Source: Pelagomonas calceolata
Lineage: Eukaryota
Length of the DNA: 64,000 bases
Reading direction: 5' to 3'
Assembly: GCA_918797485.1 (NCBI GenBank)
Contig: CAKKNE010000003.1
Coordinates: 868,001 to 932,000 of the forward strand
Shown here: in pieces, positions 10,559 through 21,930 of the stretch
Position numbering within the stretch: the stretch's first letter is position 1
Layout: every line of letters begins with the position of its first letter
Notes under the pieces: generated by a model
The model's database searches: none
Told to the model about the DNA's origin: nothing
The model's input: only the letters and a program-made list of their open reading frames with translations
Position numbers and translations under genes: made by a program

Positions 10559-10949
10559 GTAAAATCCTTTGCTTGTCCTTTTCGGCGACGGCGTGGAGGG
10601 GGTGTCGTTGCCTACCGCGTGGGTTTCTTTGCGCGTGTGGCGAGATCGCCGTGGGGGCCAAATGTCTATGGGTTACGTGCTAGAGGATCTTCCCCGGGGA
10701 AAGAGAGAGAGAGAGAGAGTCGCTTATTGAACCCACCCCCAGGTGGAAAGAGCTAGGGTGTACCGACACTAGGATTCCAGCGGCGTGGATCTCGAACGCA
10801 TTGCGCGACGACGTGCAGGCTGCATTCGTCGCAGAGAGGGCAGCCCGGTACGTCTTCTCGTCGCGTGACAAACGCTGCCCCGGGTGACGGCTGCCCGTGG
10901 AATTGCCAATGTCAGCATAATTTGCACAGCTTTGCTAAAAAGCCATAGG

Positions 10950-12524
10950 ATGCGCAAGCCATGGCTTTGGCTCCTGGCCGCGGCGGCGGCGGCCCAGCAT
11001 ACAAAGCCCGTCTCCGACGCGGAGGCGCTCGTTGCCCTGACGGGCCTCTTCCGGCGCGCGCCGGCCAAGGCGGCCGCCCTCGTCGACGCCGCGCGGCGCG
11101 CCGCCGGCCACGCCGCAGCGGCGGCCGAGCGACGACCACCGCCCGCGCCGCAAGCGCCACCACCGCCCGCGCGGCCGGCGGCGACGCCACCACGATCAAC
11201 AAACCGGAGCCGCTTCTCGTGGCGCGACGCCCAGTTATCCTTCCGAACATGCATGAACGGCACGACGCCGGAAGTACGACAGGACCGCTACGCGTACTGG
11301 GCGAGCTCGTCGGCATTAGGTAATGCGTTGAACGGCTGGATGCATATCTTCCTCTACGCGTTGGCGTCGGGGCGGCAACCGGTCGCCGGCAAGGGCGCGG
11401 GCCCGGAATTGCTCTGCGGGACGCACGGCGCCTTCATTTGTGGCATACCCTATAGATCAAACGGCTGGGTCACTTCTCAAAGCCACCGCGGCATCGACGG
11501 CGACTGGACGCCGTCGGAGCATATCGTGCACCAAGGCCCGTTGGTCTGGTACCGCTACATGGGCGCGTCTACCTCGACAAAAAGAGGAGGCAAAGGTACT
11601 GACAGAAGAAGGATCGTGCAGTGCTACGGCCAGGCGCTGCGGTGCCCCTCGCGGAAGCTCGACGGGGAGTCTTGTTTAATGGTGAGGGCGATGCAGTTGC
11701 TCTTACCTGGTTCACGGTTGAGACCGGAGTTTTCGAGTGCGGCGTTGGTCGAAGCTCGGAGGCGGTGGCGCGGCTCGATCGAAGAGTTCCAGCAAGTGAC
11801 GGCGCCGAGGGACTGGTCCCATGGTGATTTGGTGTTTTACGACCCGCCGCTCCGAGAGGACATGGACACGAGATGGGAGGGAGGTTTGCACGTGCGACTC
11901 CAGCCCCCGAAGCTCGAAGGACATCAAAATGATGCGGACTTCGATACGTTCATCCAGCGCCTCACGAACGCGTCGTTCGTCGACCCGCTGCCGAAGGACT
12001 TCCGAAGGCCGTCCACGAAGCTCTGGAGCTGCTCCGCGGCGTCCGCGCGTACGCACGCGGAGCACGTCGGGGTTACTTCGATAACATCTTCCTTCCTGGC
12101 GACGGACACGAAGGGTCTTTGTAATGCTGCCCGCGCCGCGTTGCTAGCAAGGAACTCGTCCCACCAAATCGCGTGCATGGACATGGCACCCGTGCATTTA
12201 ACAAGACAGACGGACCATAGACCGGTGTCGAAAGGTACCGATGATGGACTAGATGGGCACCAGGCCGTCATTCTGGACTGGTACCTCTTACAACGCTCTC
12301 GATGGCTCGCGCCGGTCGCTAGAAGTAATTGGCAGTGCCACCACGGCGCGCGGCGCGACGACACGCACGGCGTCGACAAGCCCGGTGCGTCGTTCTACGG
12401 CTGGGCCCTCGCCGCGGCGGGCCTCGTGCCGCTGGGGCCGCGCTGGCCGCGCGTCAACTGCGGGTGTAGGGTGGATTCGGACAAGATCTCGGTCTTCGCC
12501 TTGCCGCGACGGGAGCAGGGCTAA
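10950..12524 (+). CDS. Secretory-pathway fucosyltransferase-like protein (GT23/GT37-like GT-B)
   Basis: Signal/anchor MRKPWLWLLAAA; ordered motifs ALGNAL...ALASGR, GLHVR, FLATD, AVILDWYLL, ASF. Confidence 0.65.
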   Translation: MRKPWLWLLAAAAAAQHTKPVSDAEALVALTGLFRRAPAKAAALVDAARRAAGHAAAAAERRPPPAPQAPPPPARPAATPPRSTNRSRFSWRDAQLSFRTCMNGTTPEVRQDRYAYWASSSALGNALNGWMHIFLYALASGRQPVAGKGAGPELLCGTHGAFICGIPYRSNGWVTSQSHRGIDGDWTPSEHIVHQGPLVWYRYMGASTSTKRGGKGTDRRRIVQCYGQALRCPSRKLDGESCLMVRAMQLLLPGSRLRPEFSSAALVEARRRWRGSIEEFQQVTAPRDWSHGDLVFYDPPLREDMDTRWEGGLHVRLQPPKLEGHQNDADFDTFIQRLTNASFVDPLPKDFRRPSTKLWSCSAASARTHAEHVGVTSITSSFLATDTKGLCNAARAALLARNSSHQIACMDMAPVHLTRQTDHRPVSKGTDDGLDGHQAVILDWYLLQRSRWLAPVARSNWQCHHGARRDDTHGVDKPGASFYGWALAAAGLVPLGPRWPRVNCGCRVDSDKISVFALPRREQG

Positions 12525-12544
12525 TTTTCCACAAAACTTAGAAT

Positions 12545-15007
12545 CTAGAGTTCATCCTCGTCGTCGCTCTCCTCGGCGCGACCTCGCAGGAGCCGCGCGC
12601 GCGCGCGGCACCTTTCCAAAGCCGAAGCGGGCGCGAGCGGCGGGTCCGCCCCTAACGCCGCCGCGATCTTCTCGAATAAATCAGCGTCGCCGTCCGACCG
12701 CGACAGCCAGACGTAGGCAAAATCCAAACGCGCGCCTAGATCCGAGGCTCGCAACTGTTGAGCCGACCCGTGCGCGAGTAACGCAATAGCAAGCGCCCCG
12801 AGCGCCTCAAAGAGGTCCGCGCGTCGTTGTTGCGCGTCGCCTAACCTCGGCCCGCGCTCCTCCTGGACAATTTTGTCGGAAGAAGAAGGAAAGGCCCCCT
12901 CGCCGTCGCACCGCACTAAGCCGGCGAGGGCGCCTCGTAACGCCTCACCGACCAACGCGTCGTCCGACGTACACTGGGACGGCACGGCTTTCGACAGAGC
13001 GGCCGCGGCCCGCGCGAGTGCCTTGCGGTCCTGGTCGTCGTCGACTTCCGTCGAGAAGATCCGGAGCGCATCTACTAATAACTCAAGGCACTGGCGCCGC
13101 GTCACGCTCTCGCCCGTTGCGGAGACGGCTACCGAGAGAGCGATACAAGCATTTCTCCGAACCTTAGGAGGGGCTTGTTTTGTTGAAGATTCCTTCGAGG
13201 TCAAGGCGTCGGCACAACAATCAACTAACGCGTCGCTCAGCCGGGACGCCTTGTCGAAGCCTCGCAACGCGACGAGGTAGCCCGCCGCCCGTAACGCCGA
13301 CGCTCGCACGCGCGTCTCCGGCGCTTCTAAGATGCGTAACGCGTCGTCGGTCCCAACGTATTCTGATGAGTGGTTGTCGACGAGGGCCTTGGCGATACTA
13401 CCCAGCGCGAAGGCCGCTTGGGCCCGCACCGCTACACTATCTTTGGATGAGGAGGCCCTCTGACCCAAAACTTCGCAACACGTCTGCGCGTCTTCCTTTT
13501 TGACAATGTGCATACAAGCCACCCCCAAAGCTCGACAAGCAATCGACGCGACCTCGGGGTCGCTTTCTGTTTGTACTAACTCACGCAGTGCGTTCAACAA
13601 GGAAGCTACGGAACCGCCCTCCTTATCAAGTGAAGCTGCAGCTGCTTTACACGCGGCTTGCCGCACGGTCGACGAGTCGTCCCTGATGAGCGGTGCGAGG
13701 CAATCGTAGACGTTCGGTAGGCACGACGACGCGTAGGCGACCGGTGCTTGCGTGAAGATTGATTCTAACACATCACAAGCGGCCTTTTTTCCCTCCTTGC
13801 TCAATGCCAGTGTTAGAGCTGGCCGCACCACGAAGACGGCGTCGATGGCCTGCATCTTTTTCGCATGGTTCGCCCACAATCGCGCAACCACGTCAATAGC
13901 TTGTGCTTCGAACAACTCCTTGCCCAGGTCCGGGAGTAAAGACGCGACGACTTTTTTCGTAGATGTACTTTTTGATGATGCTGCTGATTTAAGAGCGCTC
14001 CAGGCGTTGCGCCTCGCCGAAATACTTCTTTTAGTATCGCGCGCCGTCTTAAATAAATTTATCAATGAAGAGCGGAGCGACGCTTCAGAAGTCGCGTCGA
14101 CCGGCGGCGCATTACTACACAACGCCGCGACGAGCACGCCGACGTCGTCGTGATCCTGCGACGCGCAGAAATCATACAGAGCACCTATCGCATCTCGGAT
14201 CGCGGGGCCGAAGCCTCTGGCCGCGAACTTCGACGGGCTCGACGCTTCGGCGCCGCAGACGACGCGCACGCCCGCCGGGCCTCTTACTAGAGCAGCCAAG
14301 CAGGCGTAGGCCTTCGGTCGTAATGATGCATGGGACGTCAGTTCAATTAACGGTCCAGAACCCGTCCTCGAGGGCGGGAGGAGGTCGGGCCACCTTCGCA
14401 GCAACGCGTCGGGCGCGTGCCTCGCAATGGCTTTCACAAAGTCTAGAGCTGATAAGGCTTCGCACGGCGATGACGTACTGGAAGCAGCGGGCTTCTGGCG
14501 CTGCGGGCCGAGGCGCCGCTTCTGTTTCACCTCGGGTTGCGTGACTTTCATGGAAGCCGCCTTGGCAAACGCCGCCGCCGCCCTTGTCACCAGTTCCGTG
14601 GACGCCGCCAAGCGGTCCGCGGCGCGCCCGCCCTGTTGAGTTAACTCTTTTCCGACGACGAACGCGTCGCGACAACTTGTTGCGGGAGGCCGCCGCGCGG
14701 CGCGACACACCGCGGCCGCCAGCGCGTCACTGTCAGGGCCCTTGGTCCGGAGCTGGACGCCCGCCACCCCTCCCAAAATCAACGCCGCGTCCAAGGCTTG
14801 CGCGGCCGACGCGTGGCGCGGGCCCTCTTGTGTAGATTTCGCTATGAGCAGCGTCGCGAGCTTGTGCGCGTCGTCCGCCGTTAGTGTTGGGAGCGCAAGG
14901 AGTAGCGGTGTCAAGCGGTCGACGGCGGCGGCCAGGGAGCAGCTCTCGCGCTCCAGATCCATCCTTATTTGGGCTACGGACTCCGCGGGCGGCGGTGGAG
15001 CAGCCAT
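12545..15007 (-). CDS. HEAT repeat protein, HEATR6-like
   Basis: Helical HEAT units (DDSSTVRQAAC, VRAQAAFALGSI, RVRASALRAAG, PKVRRNACIAL) and a WPDLLP...LAALVRG segment resembling DUF4042. Confidence 0.65.
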   Translation of the reverse strand: MAAPPPPAESVAQIRMDLERESCSLAAAVDRLTPLLLALPTLTADDAHKLATLLIAKSTQEGPRHASAAQALDAALILGGVAGVQLRTKGPDSDALAAAVCRAARRPPATSCRDAFVVGKELTQQGGRAADRLAASTELVTRAAAAFAKAASMKVTQPEVKQKRRLGPQRQKPAASSTSSPCEALSALDFVKAIARHAPDALLRRWPDLLPPSRTGSGPLIELTSHASLRPKAYACLAALVRGPAGVRVVCGAEASSPSKFAARGFGPAIRDAIGALYDFCASQDHDDVGVLVAALCSNAPPVDATSEASLRSSLINLFKTARDTKRSISARRNAWSALKSAASSKSTSTKKVVASLLPDLGKELFEAQAIDVVARLWANHAKKMQAIDAVFVVRPALTLALSKEGKKAACDVLESIFTQAPVAYASSCLPNVYDCLAPLIRDDSSTVRQAACKAAAASLDKEGGSVASLLNALRELVQTESDPEVASIACRALGVACMHIVKKEDAQTCCEVLGQRASSSKDSVAVRAQAAFALGSIAKALVDNHSSEYVGTDDALRILEAPETRVRASALRAAGYLVALRGFDKASRLSDALVDCCADALTSKESSTKQAPPKVRRNACIALSVAVSATGESVTRRQCLELLVDALRIFSTEVDDDQDRKALARAAAALSKAVPSQCTSDDALVGEALRGALAGLVRCDGEGAFPSSSDKIVQEERGPRLGDAQQRRADLFEALGALAIALLAHGSAQQLRASDLGARLDFAYVWLSRSDGDADLFEKIAAALGADPPLAPASALERCRARARLLRGRAEESDDEDEL

Positions 15008-15151
15008 GGCAGCTATGAGCTTATGTGCTGTTGCATGCTTGCACCTGCGACAGCAGCTGTTGGCGTCGAGATTTGCGGTCTCAGGGCACTTGGGCCTATT
15101 GGCGGCACGAATGCTTGCACAACCGCCGTTTGGGCAAGGCAGCTGCCCGAC

Positions 15152-15172
15152 CTAGCGTACCGACACACTAGC
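15152..15172 (-). promoter_or_regulatory. CTAG bipartite upstream motif variant
   Basis: ctagcgtaccgacacactagc between divergent starts 15007 and 15462. Confidence 0.5.
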
Positions 15173-15461
15173 CTAGGAGCTCTCGGCCTCTAGGCCTAAG
15201 GGTGCCGACCACGGTGCCCCGGAGCCCTCCGAGGAGCCGTCCGGCGTTTCCCAAAGCCCACTAGGCCGGGCTAGTAGCTATAACGACGAGAGGCAGGGCT
15301 TGGCATTTGCGCCCGGGACTCGCCCAAGACGCAGCCCCGGGCAGCCTCAAGCGTCCGCGCGGCGCCTCCCCGAAGCGCTGCGCCCGGCTCCAGGCGAACG
15401 AGCCGTAGTAGAGGCGCGCGCCGGCTGCCCCGCCAGGGCAAGCCGCAGCGCTGCCCTAAAG

Positions 15462-18400
15462 ATGAAGGACTACTTCCGCAAGTCGAAGGCCGACCCCTTG
15501 TTGGCGGCGACGGTCATCCCGGGCTGGACCGAGGAGCTGGCCTCGCTCGATGCGGAGACGACGCGGTTGCTCGCGGACGTGCGAGGCGACAAGCGGCCAC
15601 GAAAGGACACATCCAGAGCAGCGAAAGATAAACTAGACAGCCAGCCCGTCGTGACGAAGCGCAAAACACCAAAAAAGAAGAAGCGCGTCAAGCGCGTCAC
15701 GCCGCCGCCCGAGGAGCCGCCTACCGCGCCGTCTCGGACCGAGATTGAAAGGGCCAACATCGAGTTCACGCAGCAGGCTTCCGAAGTTCATGAAGGTGCT
15801 GATAGTTACATCCCCGATGTGGGTGTCAGGCTGCAGCACCTCGCGGATGAACGAAAACGACTCGCGGTCATCGCACGGGCGAACGCCGAGCGCGCCGTGC
15901 AGCGCGCCTACGCTTCCACGGAGAGGAAAGCTCGATCTCATAGACTAGCGGAAGATGAGGCCGCTTTGATGGTCCAGCGCAACTACCGAGGCAAACTTGG
16001 TAAGAGAGCGTACGACCTCGAGCGCGAGGAACGGCACTTACACGAGCAAATTGAAAAAAGATGGGTCGAGGTCTGCGACCGCGACACGGGCGAGTCCTGG
16101 TATTTTAATACGATGACCCAACAATCACAATGGGACGCTCCTACGAGTATGACTGGGGTCGTGCCTACCACTGATGAAACGGTGACACTACCACCCTTGA
16201 AACCTGTTATCCCTCAAGATGTTGAGAGACCATCCACATCGTCATCTTTGTCTGAACAAAGAGAATTAGCACGAGCGTCGCTCGAACTGCCGGCCGATCC
16301 TATCCAAGACCCCGTTCGCCACTCGGTCGAACGAAAAAAGAAGTACATCCCGTCCTTGGAAGCGCTACATACGTCTACGGGTTCCGAAGCGCCGGCTCGC
16401 ATACCTTCGCCGCAAGCACGGCCGCCGGAGCCCGGGAGTGCGTTGTACGAGGGCGAGGAGCATCCCCTGCGAGAGCCGCGCCAACAGTCTCGAGGTGGGG
16501 AAGGTCCTTTGTTCCTACCGAACGGCCGAGCGCGAAAGGAGGCCCTCAAGGCCGCGGTCGCGGAAACGCTCCAGACCAAAAAATTCGATAGCGTCGAAAC
16601 GCTCATGAACAGCCATCGCGACCAACTGAGGAGAGAGGCGTCGATGCTCGAGTATGCCGTATCGGAAGGCATCGTGGATACGGATAGCAGAGAGAAGATT
16701 TTCGGGGACGACCGGCCGCGGATGTCCGCTGTCAGTGTTTTAATGAAGAATTCCGAAATAGCAGCGAAAAAACAGCAAGCGCGCCTCGACCAGTACAAGT
16801 GGAAGGACAAGACCATGGCGCTGCGGCACGTCGAGCACGACGGCTTCGGCGCGCCGCCTGATTCTGACGCGCCGCCGAAGCCCGATCCTGCCCTGTTATT
16901 GGGTGAGGAGGTCCCCGACTTCTCGTCGGACAAGCCCCAGAAGATCTGCTTCAACTGCTGGAGTAGTGGAAGGAGGAATTGTAAAATCCACGCGATCGAG
17001 GAGGACTTCACGGACGCGTCCAAGAGCATGCTCATGTGCCAGAACTGGAATCTGGAAGATCTGGAGCGGCGGTATCGCTCCGAGGAGATCCAGGAGCTGT
17101 TCCAGAAATCCGTGTCCTCGTTGCGCTACTGTCAAGAAAGAAAATGCTTCATCGCGACGGTCGAGCAGAAGCATCCTATTTATAGATTGTTGTTCGCGCA
17201 AGTCGGCAAATGCAACTTTACGATGCGGCGGAAGCTCCACACGCGGGTCTGGATCGCCTCACTCGTCGAGGAGTTAAGATGCGGTAAAATAAAAGTACCC
17301 GGCGCGAAGGATAGCGGTAACATGCTGCGACTGAGGAATACGTTAATGAACGGCATTTTTGTGCGTGGTTTTACGCGGAAAACAAGACATCGACGGCCAC
17401 TCGCACCAGTAACGGGTACGTCCTTCCCCGAAGTTACGGGTCGACAGACTTATTTATTGGAGTACGACACGCCCGGAAAACAGATACTCAAGTGGCATCC
17501 TGTGTGGAGAGGTGCAGGTCCGGATTTTCCTGAGAAGTATAACCAGACGGAATATGCGTTTATCTTGAGTCCACCGCTACCGTATCCTGATAAATTGTAC
17601 CAGCCCCAAGTGTATCCATTGCCGGCGCCTCGGACCATCCCCATGCCCGAACCTACTTACAGTCACGATGCGGCACCACTCGCGAGGAACCGTTTTGTGG
17701 AGGAAAATCACGCCGTGGCCTGGTTCGAGCGCTTTGCCGCGGCGATGACGCGCGACAGCGTGAATGCCGCCATGTCGACGGTTAGGACATTGTCACCGGT
17801 CGCGGGCATGGCTTTGTTGCGAAGGACGAAGTACCCCAGTCCACATACCGTGAAATTCGCCACTTTTGCGAGGAAGCCTACTCCAGGAAACAGAGCTGTC
17901 GGTGGTCTAGCGGCGGAACTGACACTCTACCAACTCGTGCAGGCCGTCGTACCCCCGCAATTCGGCAACTTTTCGGTAATGGAGCGCCAGGCGATCGTGT
18001 CCGAGATCTCCGCGGAAATTACGGCGGCCTTTCCGACCTATGCGGTACTACCGATCGCGCAAGTCTTTGTGTCGCGGGCTCTCGAACACATCCTGAACTA
18101 CCGCAAAGTGCCGACGATATGTATCGCTACGGTGGTGTTGCGATTCCAGCGGCATTATTTTGGGAAAAATAGGGAGTTCCAGACCGGTGAATCGTCAGAC
18201 GTTGGTTTCAGGACGTCCTGCCACGCGGCGGGCTTCGAACACATCGTGATTACGGAAACGCACTTGCGGACGTTCCTCCCGTCCGACGAAATTGCAGAGC
18301 CCAACGCCCCGGGAGCCAACGAGACGAACACGACGAAAGTCGACCACACCTACCCCTTCTGCGAACCCAGCTCCAGAAACAACACGACGCTCGACTTTTA

Positions 18401-20549
18401 TCACTTACTGTTAGTTGATCATGCCTCGGCCAATAAAGAGCAAATATTTACGAATTTGGGCGTGCAGCAGTGCGGCGAGTTCATGCACCGGGCGGACCCA
18501 TCGAGACCGCTGGGGCAGTTCGTATCTTTGATTTATAGATCCTGGGCCTTTGTACAAAGATCGCTCTTCGAAGAGTACCGCACGGACGATGGGATTGCCT
18601 ACTGGTACAATCGGCGGACGGGCGAAACGCACTGGGAGCGGCCACTTGCCGATTGTGAGCAGCTGGGCGTCATGGATGGCGGGGTTAGAGTAGATTACGA
18701 GGACGATTATCGGGATCCGAAGATACCCGTAAAACAGCGGCCCACGCATCAGGTCCGGACGCTCATAAACAAGCACCACGAGGAGCCCGAGGAGGTCAAA
18801 GAGAGGCGAGACGCTGTGAATCGGGACATTAATGCTCGACGGGACAACGGTACGTTGCCGCCTAAAGAAAATGCTGACCCGGTGCAGGTGCGGACTCGAC
18901 CGACTCTTGAGGAGTTAAGTAGACGAAATAGGGACGCGAAGCCGCCCTCTGCTGGGTTGGCGGCTGCTCAACTCGGGAAGGATGCGACACCTGCTCGCGC
19001 TGTAGTAGGTAAAGATGAGACGCCGCCACCGACCGATCGGCCGGGCACGGCCGGGACCTTTCCTTCTCGCCCAAGTACGGCGGCAGCGACGCCGCCGTCG
19101 ACGGCGGCCACGACGACGCCGGCCCAACTCTCCGCTGCGGATAAGATCTCGAGCGAGATCGCGGCTGCGTTGCTCCCGGCCATCCAGCAAGGCACCACGA
19201 ATCCGTTAGATCTGTTGAAACTCGGCTTGGGCCTGGGCATGGGCCTCGGTGCGACCAATAGTGCGGCCTTCCAGCCGCCTTCATCTGATCCGCTTACGTC
19301 GGCGGCGAGGCGACGGTCCAATAGTATTTCGTCGGACGAAGGCTCAGTAGGCATTGTGGGCGAGGAACTGGGCCCGGAGGGTCGCATGGACCCGGAGCAC
19401 CTCAAAGATGCGGCGCAGCGACGTGATAATGCTCAGAAACTAGGCGTCCCGATCGGCGTACCCGGTAGCACGCTCCAAAATCCAGAAATGGACGAGCTGC
19501 CCCACGACGACGAAGAGGCGCAACGAGCGTACTACGAGAAGGAAGGCACGGACGAACTCACGACGACGGACGTGTTTCAAGGCGTGACCAAGGTTGAGTT
19601 GAGTGCGCCGCCCGACGAGGAGCTGCCGCCGCCGATCGTGTTCCTTGGTGATAGAAAGAAGGACATCGAGGGGACGGCTCCTGTAGTTGTTTACCCTGAT
19701 CAACACTTGGAGCGGGAGGCGTTGGCGCGAGGTTTCAGTACGCACGACGTGGCCGGGCTCGGGACGTCCTTCGTTAACGATGGGGTGGGCGAGGGCCAGA
19801 AGTACATTTCGTCTGAAATCCACAAGGATACTTTGCTGAGGAGAGCCGCGGAACCGCTACCGGAAGGGTTCTTCCAGGCGATCCACGCCACGCACGTCGG
19901 GACGGCTCAAGTCGACTATCTACCCTGGATCCCGAACCTGCCCCAGGCTAGACCGATCGGTCGCATCAAGCCGCGGCCCGCCGCCGAGGATTGGCTCGCC
20001 GTCGGCTTCGACCCTTGGTCTGCGGGCAAGGATCCTTTATCAATAGAATTTATTGGGTCATTGGCTGCGAAGGCCGAGCAGGTCTTGGAGCAGGCGCCGC
20101 AGAAGATCGAAGAAAGCTTCATCGATGTGACCGATAGACAAGGCATGGCGGCGCAAGAGGCCGAGGCCGCGCAACAGAACAAGTTGAGTGACGACTTCGA
20201 GCAGGTCGCTTCCTGGGCCCGCCATTCCAGATACAGGGATATAGAAAATGCCATGAACCAGCCCGACTGGATGTTACCGATTGACTACCAGGACGAGCTG
20301 GGCAATACTCTACTCAGTATCGCGGTACAGAACGGCAACAAGCGCATCGCAAAACTATGTCTCAGGAGAGGCGCGAACGTCAACCTGCCGAACAACACGG
20401 GGCAAACAGTATTGCACTACGCCTACGCGTATGGGTTCGAGGATCTGGCCGAATACTTGAAGTCGAAGGGCGCCGACGATCGCCCGAAGAACGCGGACGG
20501 CCTGACGTGCTACGAGGGGTTGTCCATGGAGGAGATCGAGCAGATCTAA
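15462..20549 (+). CDS. Large IQ + WW + ankyrin-repeat protein
   Basis: IQ (AALMVQRNYRGKLGKR), two WW domains (WVEV..GESWYFN..SQWDAP; YWYNRRTGETHWERP), and C-terminal ankyrins (GNTLLSIAVQNGN, GQTVLHYAYAYG). Confidence 0.85.
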   Translation: MKDYFRKSKADPLLAATVIPGWTEELASLDAETTRLLADVRGDKRPRKDTSRAAKDKLDSQPVVTKRKTPKKKKRVKRVTPPPEEPPTAPSRTEIERANIEFTQQASEVHEGADSYIPDVGVRLQHLADERKRLAVIARANAERAVQRAYASTERKARSHRLAEDEAALMVQRNYRGKLGKRAYDLEREERHLHEQIEKRWVEVCDRDTGESWYFNTMTQQSQWDAPTSMTGVVPTTDETVTLPPLKPVIPQDVERPSTSSSLSEQRELARASLELPADPIQDPVRHSVERKKKYIPSLEALHTSTGSEAPARIPSPQARPPEPGSALYEGEEHPLREPRQQSRGGEGPLFLPNGRARKEALKAAVAETLQTKKFDSVETLMNSHRDQLRREASMLEYAVSEGIVDTDSREKIFGDDRPRMSAVSVLMKNSEIAAKKQQARLDQYKWKDKTMALRHVEHDGFGAPPDSDAPPKPDPALLLGEEVPDFSSDKPQKICFNCWSSGRRNCKIHAIEEDFTDASKSMLMCQNWNLEDLERRYRSEEIQELFQKSVSSLRYCQERKCFIATVEQKHPIYRLLFAQVGKCNFTMRRKLHTRVWIASLVEELRCGKIKVPGAKDSGNMLRLRNTLMNGIFVRGFTRKTRHRRPLAPVTGTSFPEVTGRQTYLLEYDTPGKQILKWHPVWRGAGPDFPEKYNQTEYAFILSPPLPYPDKLYQPQVYPLPAPRTIPMPEPTYSHDAAPLARNRFVEENHAVAWFERFAAAMTRDSVNAAMSTVRTLSPVAGMALLRRTKYPSPHTVKFATFARKPTPGNRAVGGLAAELTLYQLVQAVVPPQFGNFSVMERQAIVSEISAEITAAFPTYAVLPIAQVFVSRALEHILNYRKVPTICIATVVLRFQRHYFGKNREFQTGESSDVGFRTSCHAAGFEHIVITETHLRTFLPSDEIAEPNAPGANETNTTKVDHTYPFCEPSSRNNTTLDFYHLLLVDHASANKEQIFTNLGVQQCGEFMHRADPSRPLGQFVSLIYRSWAFVQRSLFEEYRTDDGIAYWYNRRTGETHWERPLADCEQLGVMDGGVRVDYEDDYRDPKIPVKQRPTHQVRTLINKHHEEPEEVKERRDAVNRDINARRDNGTLPPKENADPVQVRTRPTLEELSRRNRDAKPPSAGLAAAQLGKDATPARAVVGKDETPPPTDRPGTAGTFPSRPSTAAATPPSTAATTTPAQLSAADKISSEIAAALLPAIQQGTTNPLDLLKLGLGLGMGLGATNSAAFQPPSSDPLTSAARRRSNSISSDEGSVGIVGEELGPEGRMDPEHLKDAAQRRDNAQKLGVPIGVPGSTLQNPEMDELPHDDEEAQRAYYEKEGTDELTTTDVFQGVTKVELSAPPDEELPPPIVFLGDRKKDIEGTAPVVVYPDQHLEREALARGFSTHDVAGLGTSFVNDGVGEGQKYISSEIHKDTLLRRAAEPLPEGFFQAIHATHVGTAQVDYLPWIPNLPQARPIGRIKPRPAAEDWLAVGFDPWSAGKDPLSIEFIGSLAAKAEQVLEQAPQKIEESFIDVTDRQGMAAQEAEAAQQNKLSDDFEQVASWARHSRYRDIENAMNQPDWMLPIDYQDELGNTLLSIAVQNGNKRIAKLCLRRGANVNLPNNTGQTVLHYAYAYGFEDLAEYLKSKGADDRPKNADGLTCYEGLSMEEIEQI

Positions 20550-20580
20550 GTAGCTCGGTATGTGTAGTTCTTTGTCTTAG

Positions 20581-21501
20581 TTAGGCGCTGCCCGGCAGCG
20601 GCGCTTCGCGGGCGCGGAGCGCGGCTCGCGACTCTTCCAAGCAGCGTTCAATCGCCCGCGCGGCTGGGTGCGCGCCACCGAGCACGCGCCGCGCGGTCCG
20701 CAACGTATCCTCGAGTGTCGCCACGACCTCGCGGAGATCGTCGAGCGTGGCGTCGGGGTCCTTGTAGAGCGCCTTCGCGTAAGTCCACCTCAGCCTGAGC
20801 GTGACCTCATTATTCTCCCCGAGGACGCGTCGCGCCACGGGCATCACTTTTAGCAATAGTGACTTGGCTTCCTCGCAGCGCTCTAGAGTAATAAGGAAGC
20901 CCGCGTAGTTGTTGGCTTCTAAAAGAGTGTCGCTATGTTCTTTTCCAAGGAGTTTCAAAGTTCGAGAGTATACGTCTTGCCGCAAGCGCAGGCCTTCATC
21001 AAGCCGTCCAAGTACTTCATACGTCAACGCAAGATTGCTCTGCATGGCGAGCATGTTGTACTCTGCATAGCCAAGTCGCCGCCCCATAGACAACTGGGCC
21101 TCATTCACGGACAATGCGTCCGCGTGGTGTTCTGCACTAGATAAACCGAGCCCAAGCTGGTTCATCGCAACTTGCCGTAGCTTATCTGTCTCTGGCCGGT
21201 CCACGTACGTCTTCCAGCAGGCCCACCCGAGCGCGCACCGCACGACGCCGTGATACTTCTGCTCGCACAGGCTGCACTCGGACCACCTCATCCACCTCGC
21301 ATTCACCACCTTCTCGCCCAAATTGTTCTCCTCGGCCTCCGCGAGCAGAATCTTCGCCTGCTCCGCCAAGCACGACACATGCGCGAAACCCGCCGTTCCG
21401 CGGCACGCACACCCACGTACGAGGCCCTCCTTTGTCTTCCAGTGGAGGGCTTGCGTGCAGATGAAGCAAGTCTGGCCCTTCGTGTCCTCGGCGCACGCCT
21501 C
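20581..21501 (-). pseudogene. MYND-RINGv-TPR family copy 1, 5'-truncated (lacks MYND and start codon)
   Basis: Homology to copies 2 and 3 begins abruptly at EACAEDTKGQTCFIC (21501), with an in-frame TAA four codons upstream. The rest is open to the stop at 20581. An unseen upstream exon cannot be excluded. Confidence 0.65.
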
Positions 21502-21910
21502 TTGCAGACAGCTTTACGTCTAATTCACCGCCGGTGGGGCGCGGCGCGGCGCCGGAATCGCCGCGCGCTATCGCTTTATGTATAAGGAGACCACGCGCCG
21601 GCGCGCGGCGAGATCTGTGGCGTTTTTCGCCTCTGTATCGAACGTGTTTCGAGGGAAATGCCTCATTATGCGCATTTTGCCTGCACCCTCTTGGCGCGTT
21701 CCTGAGCCGTGACAGCCGCGGCAGAGGCGTGTCAGACACCACCAGACAGGTCACTCGCGGGTTCCTTGCATTCCAGCACCCGCGGGACTTGCACGTCGCG
21801 GAGAACAGGGGAACAGACACCCATCCCGCAGGCGTACGAGAACCCAGAGGATCCATCTTATGGGACATGCGAGAGGCGAACGGGGCTTCTCCGGCGACAG
21901 GGTGTCGCGG

Positions 21911-21930
21911 GCTAGCGGTAAGACACTAGC
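21911..21930 (-). promoter_or_regulatory. CTAG bipartite upstream motif (gctagcggtaagacactagc)
   Basis: Consensus match, about 195 bp upstream of ATG 22125. Confidence 0.7.

Noticed and set aside
10702..10719. (AG)n microsatellite
   Set aside because: Short and ordinary.
15300..15461. Upstream ORF-track extensions from TTG/GTG starts (also 3763, 7736, 34232, 46336, 56202, 56224)
   Set aside because: Eukaryotic genes; downstream ATGs give better N-termini, and the extensions cross promoter-like sequence.
21182..21868. 228-aa minus-strand ORF overlapping family copy 1
   Set aside because: Out of frame with the conserved family sequence and without recognisable domains.
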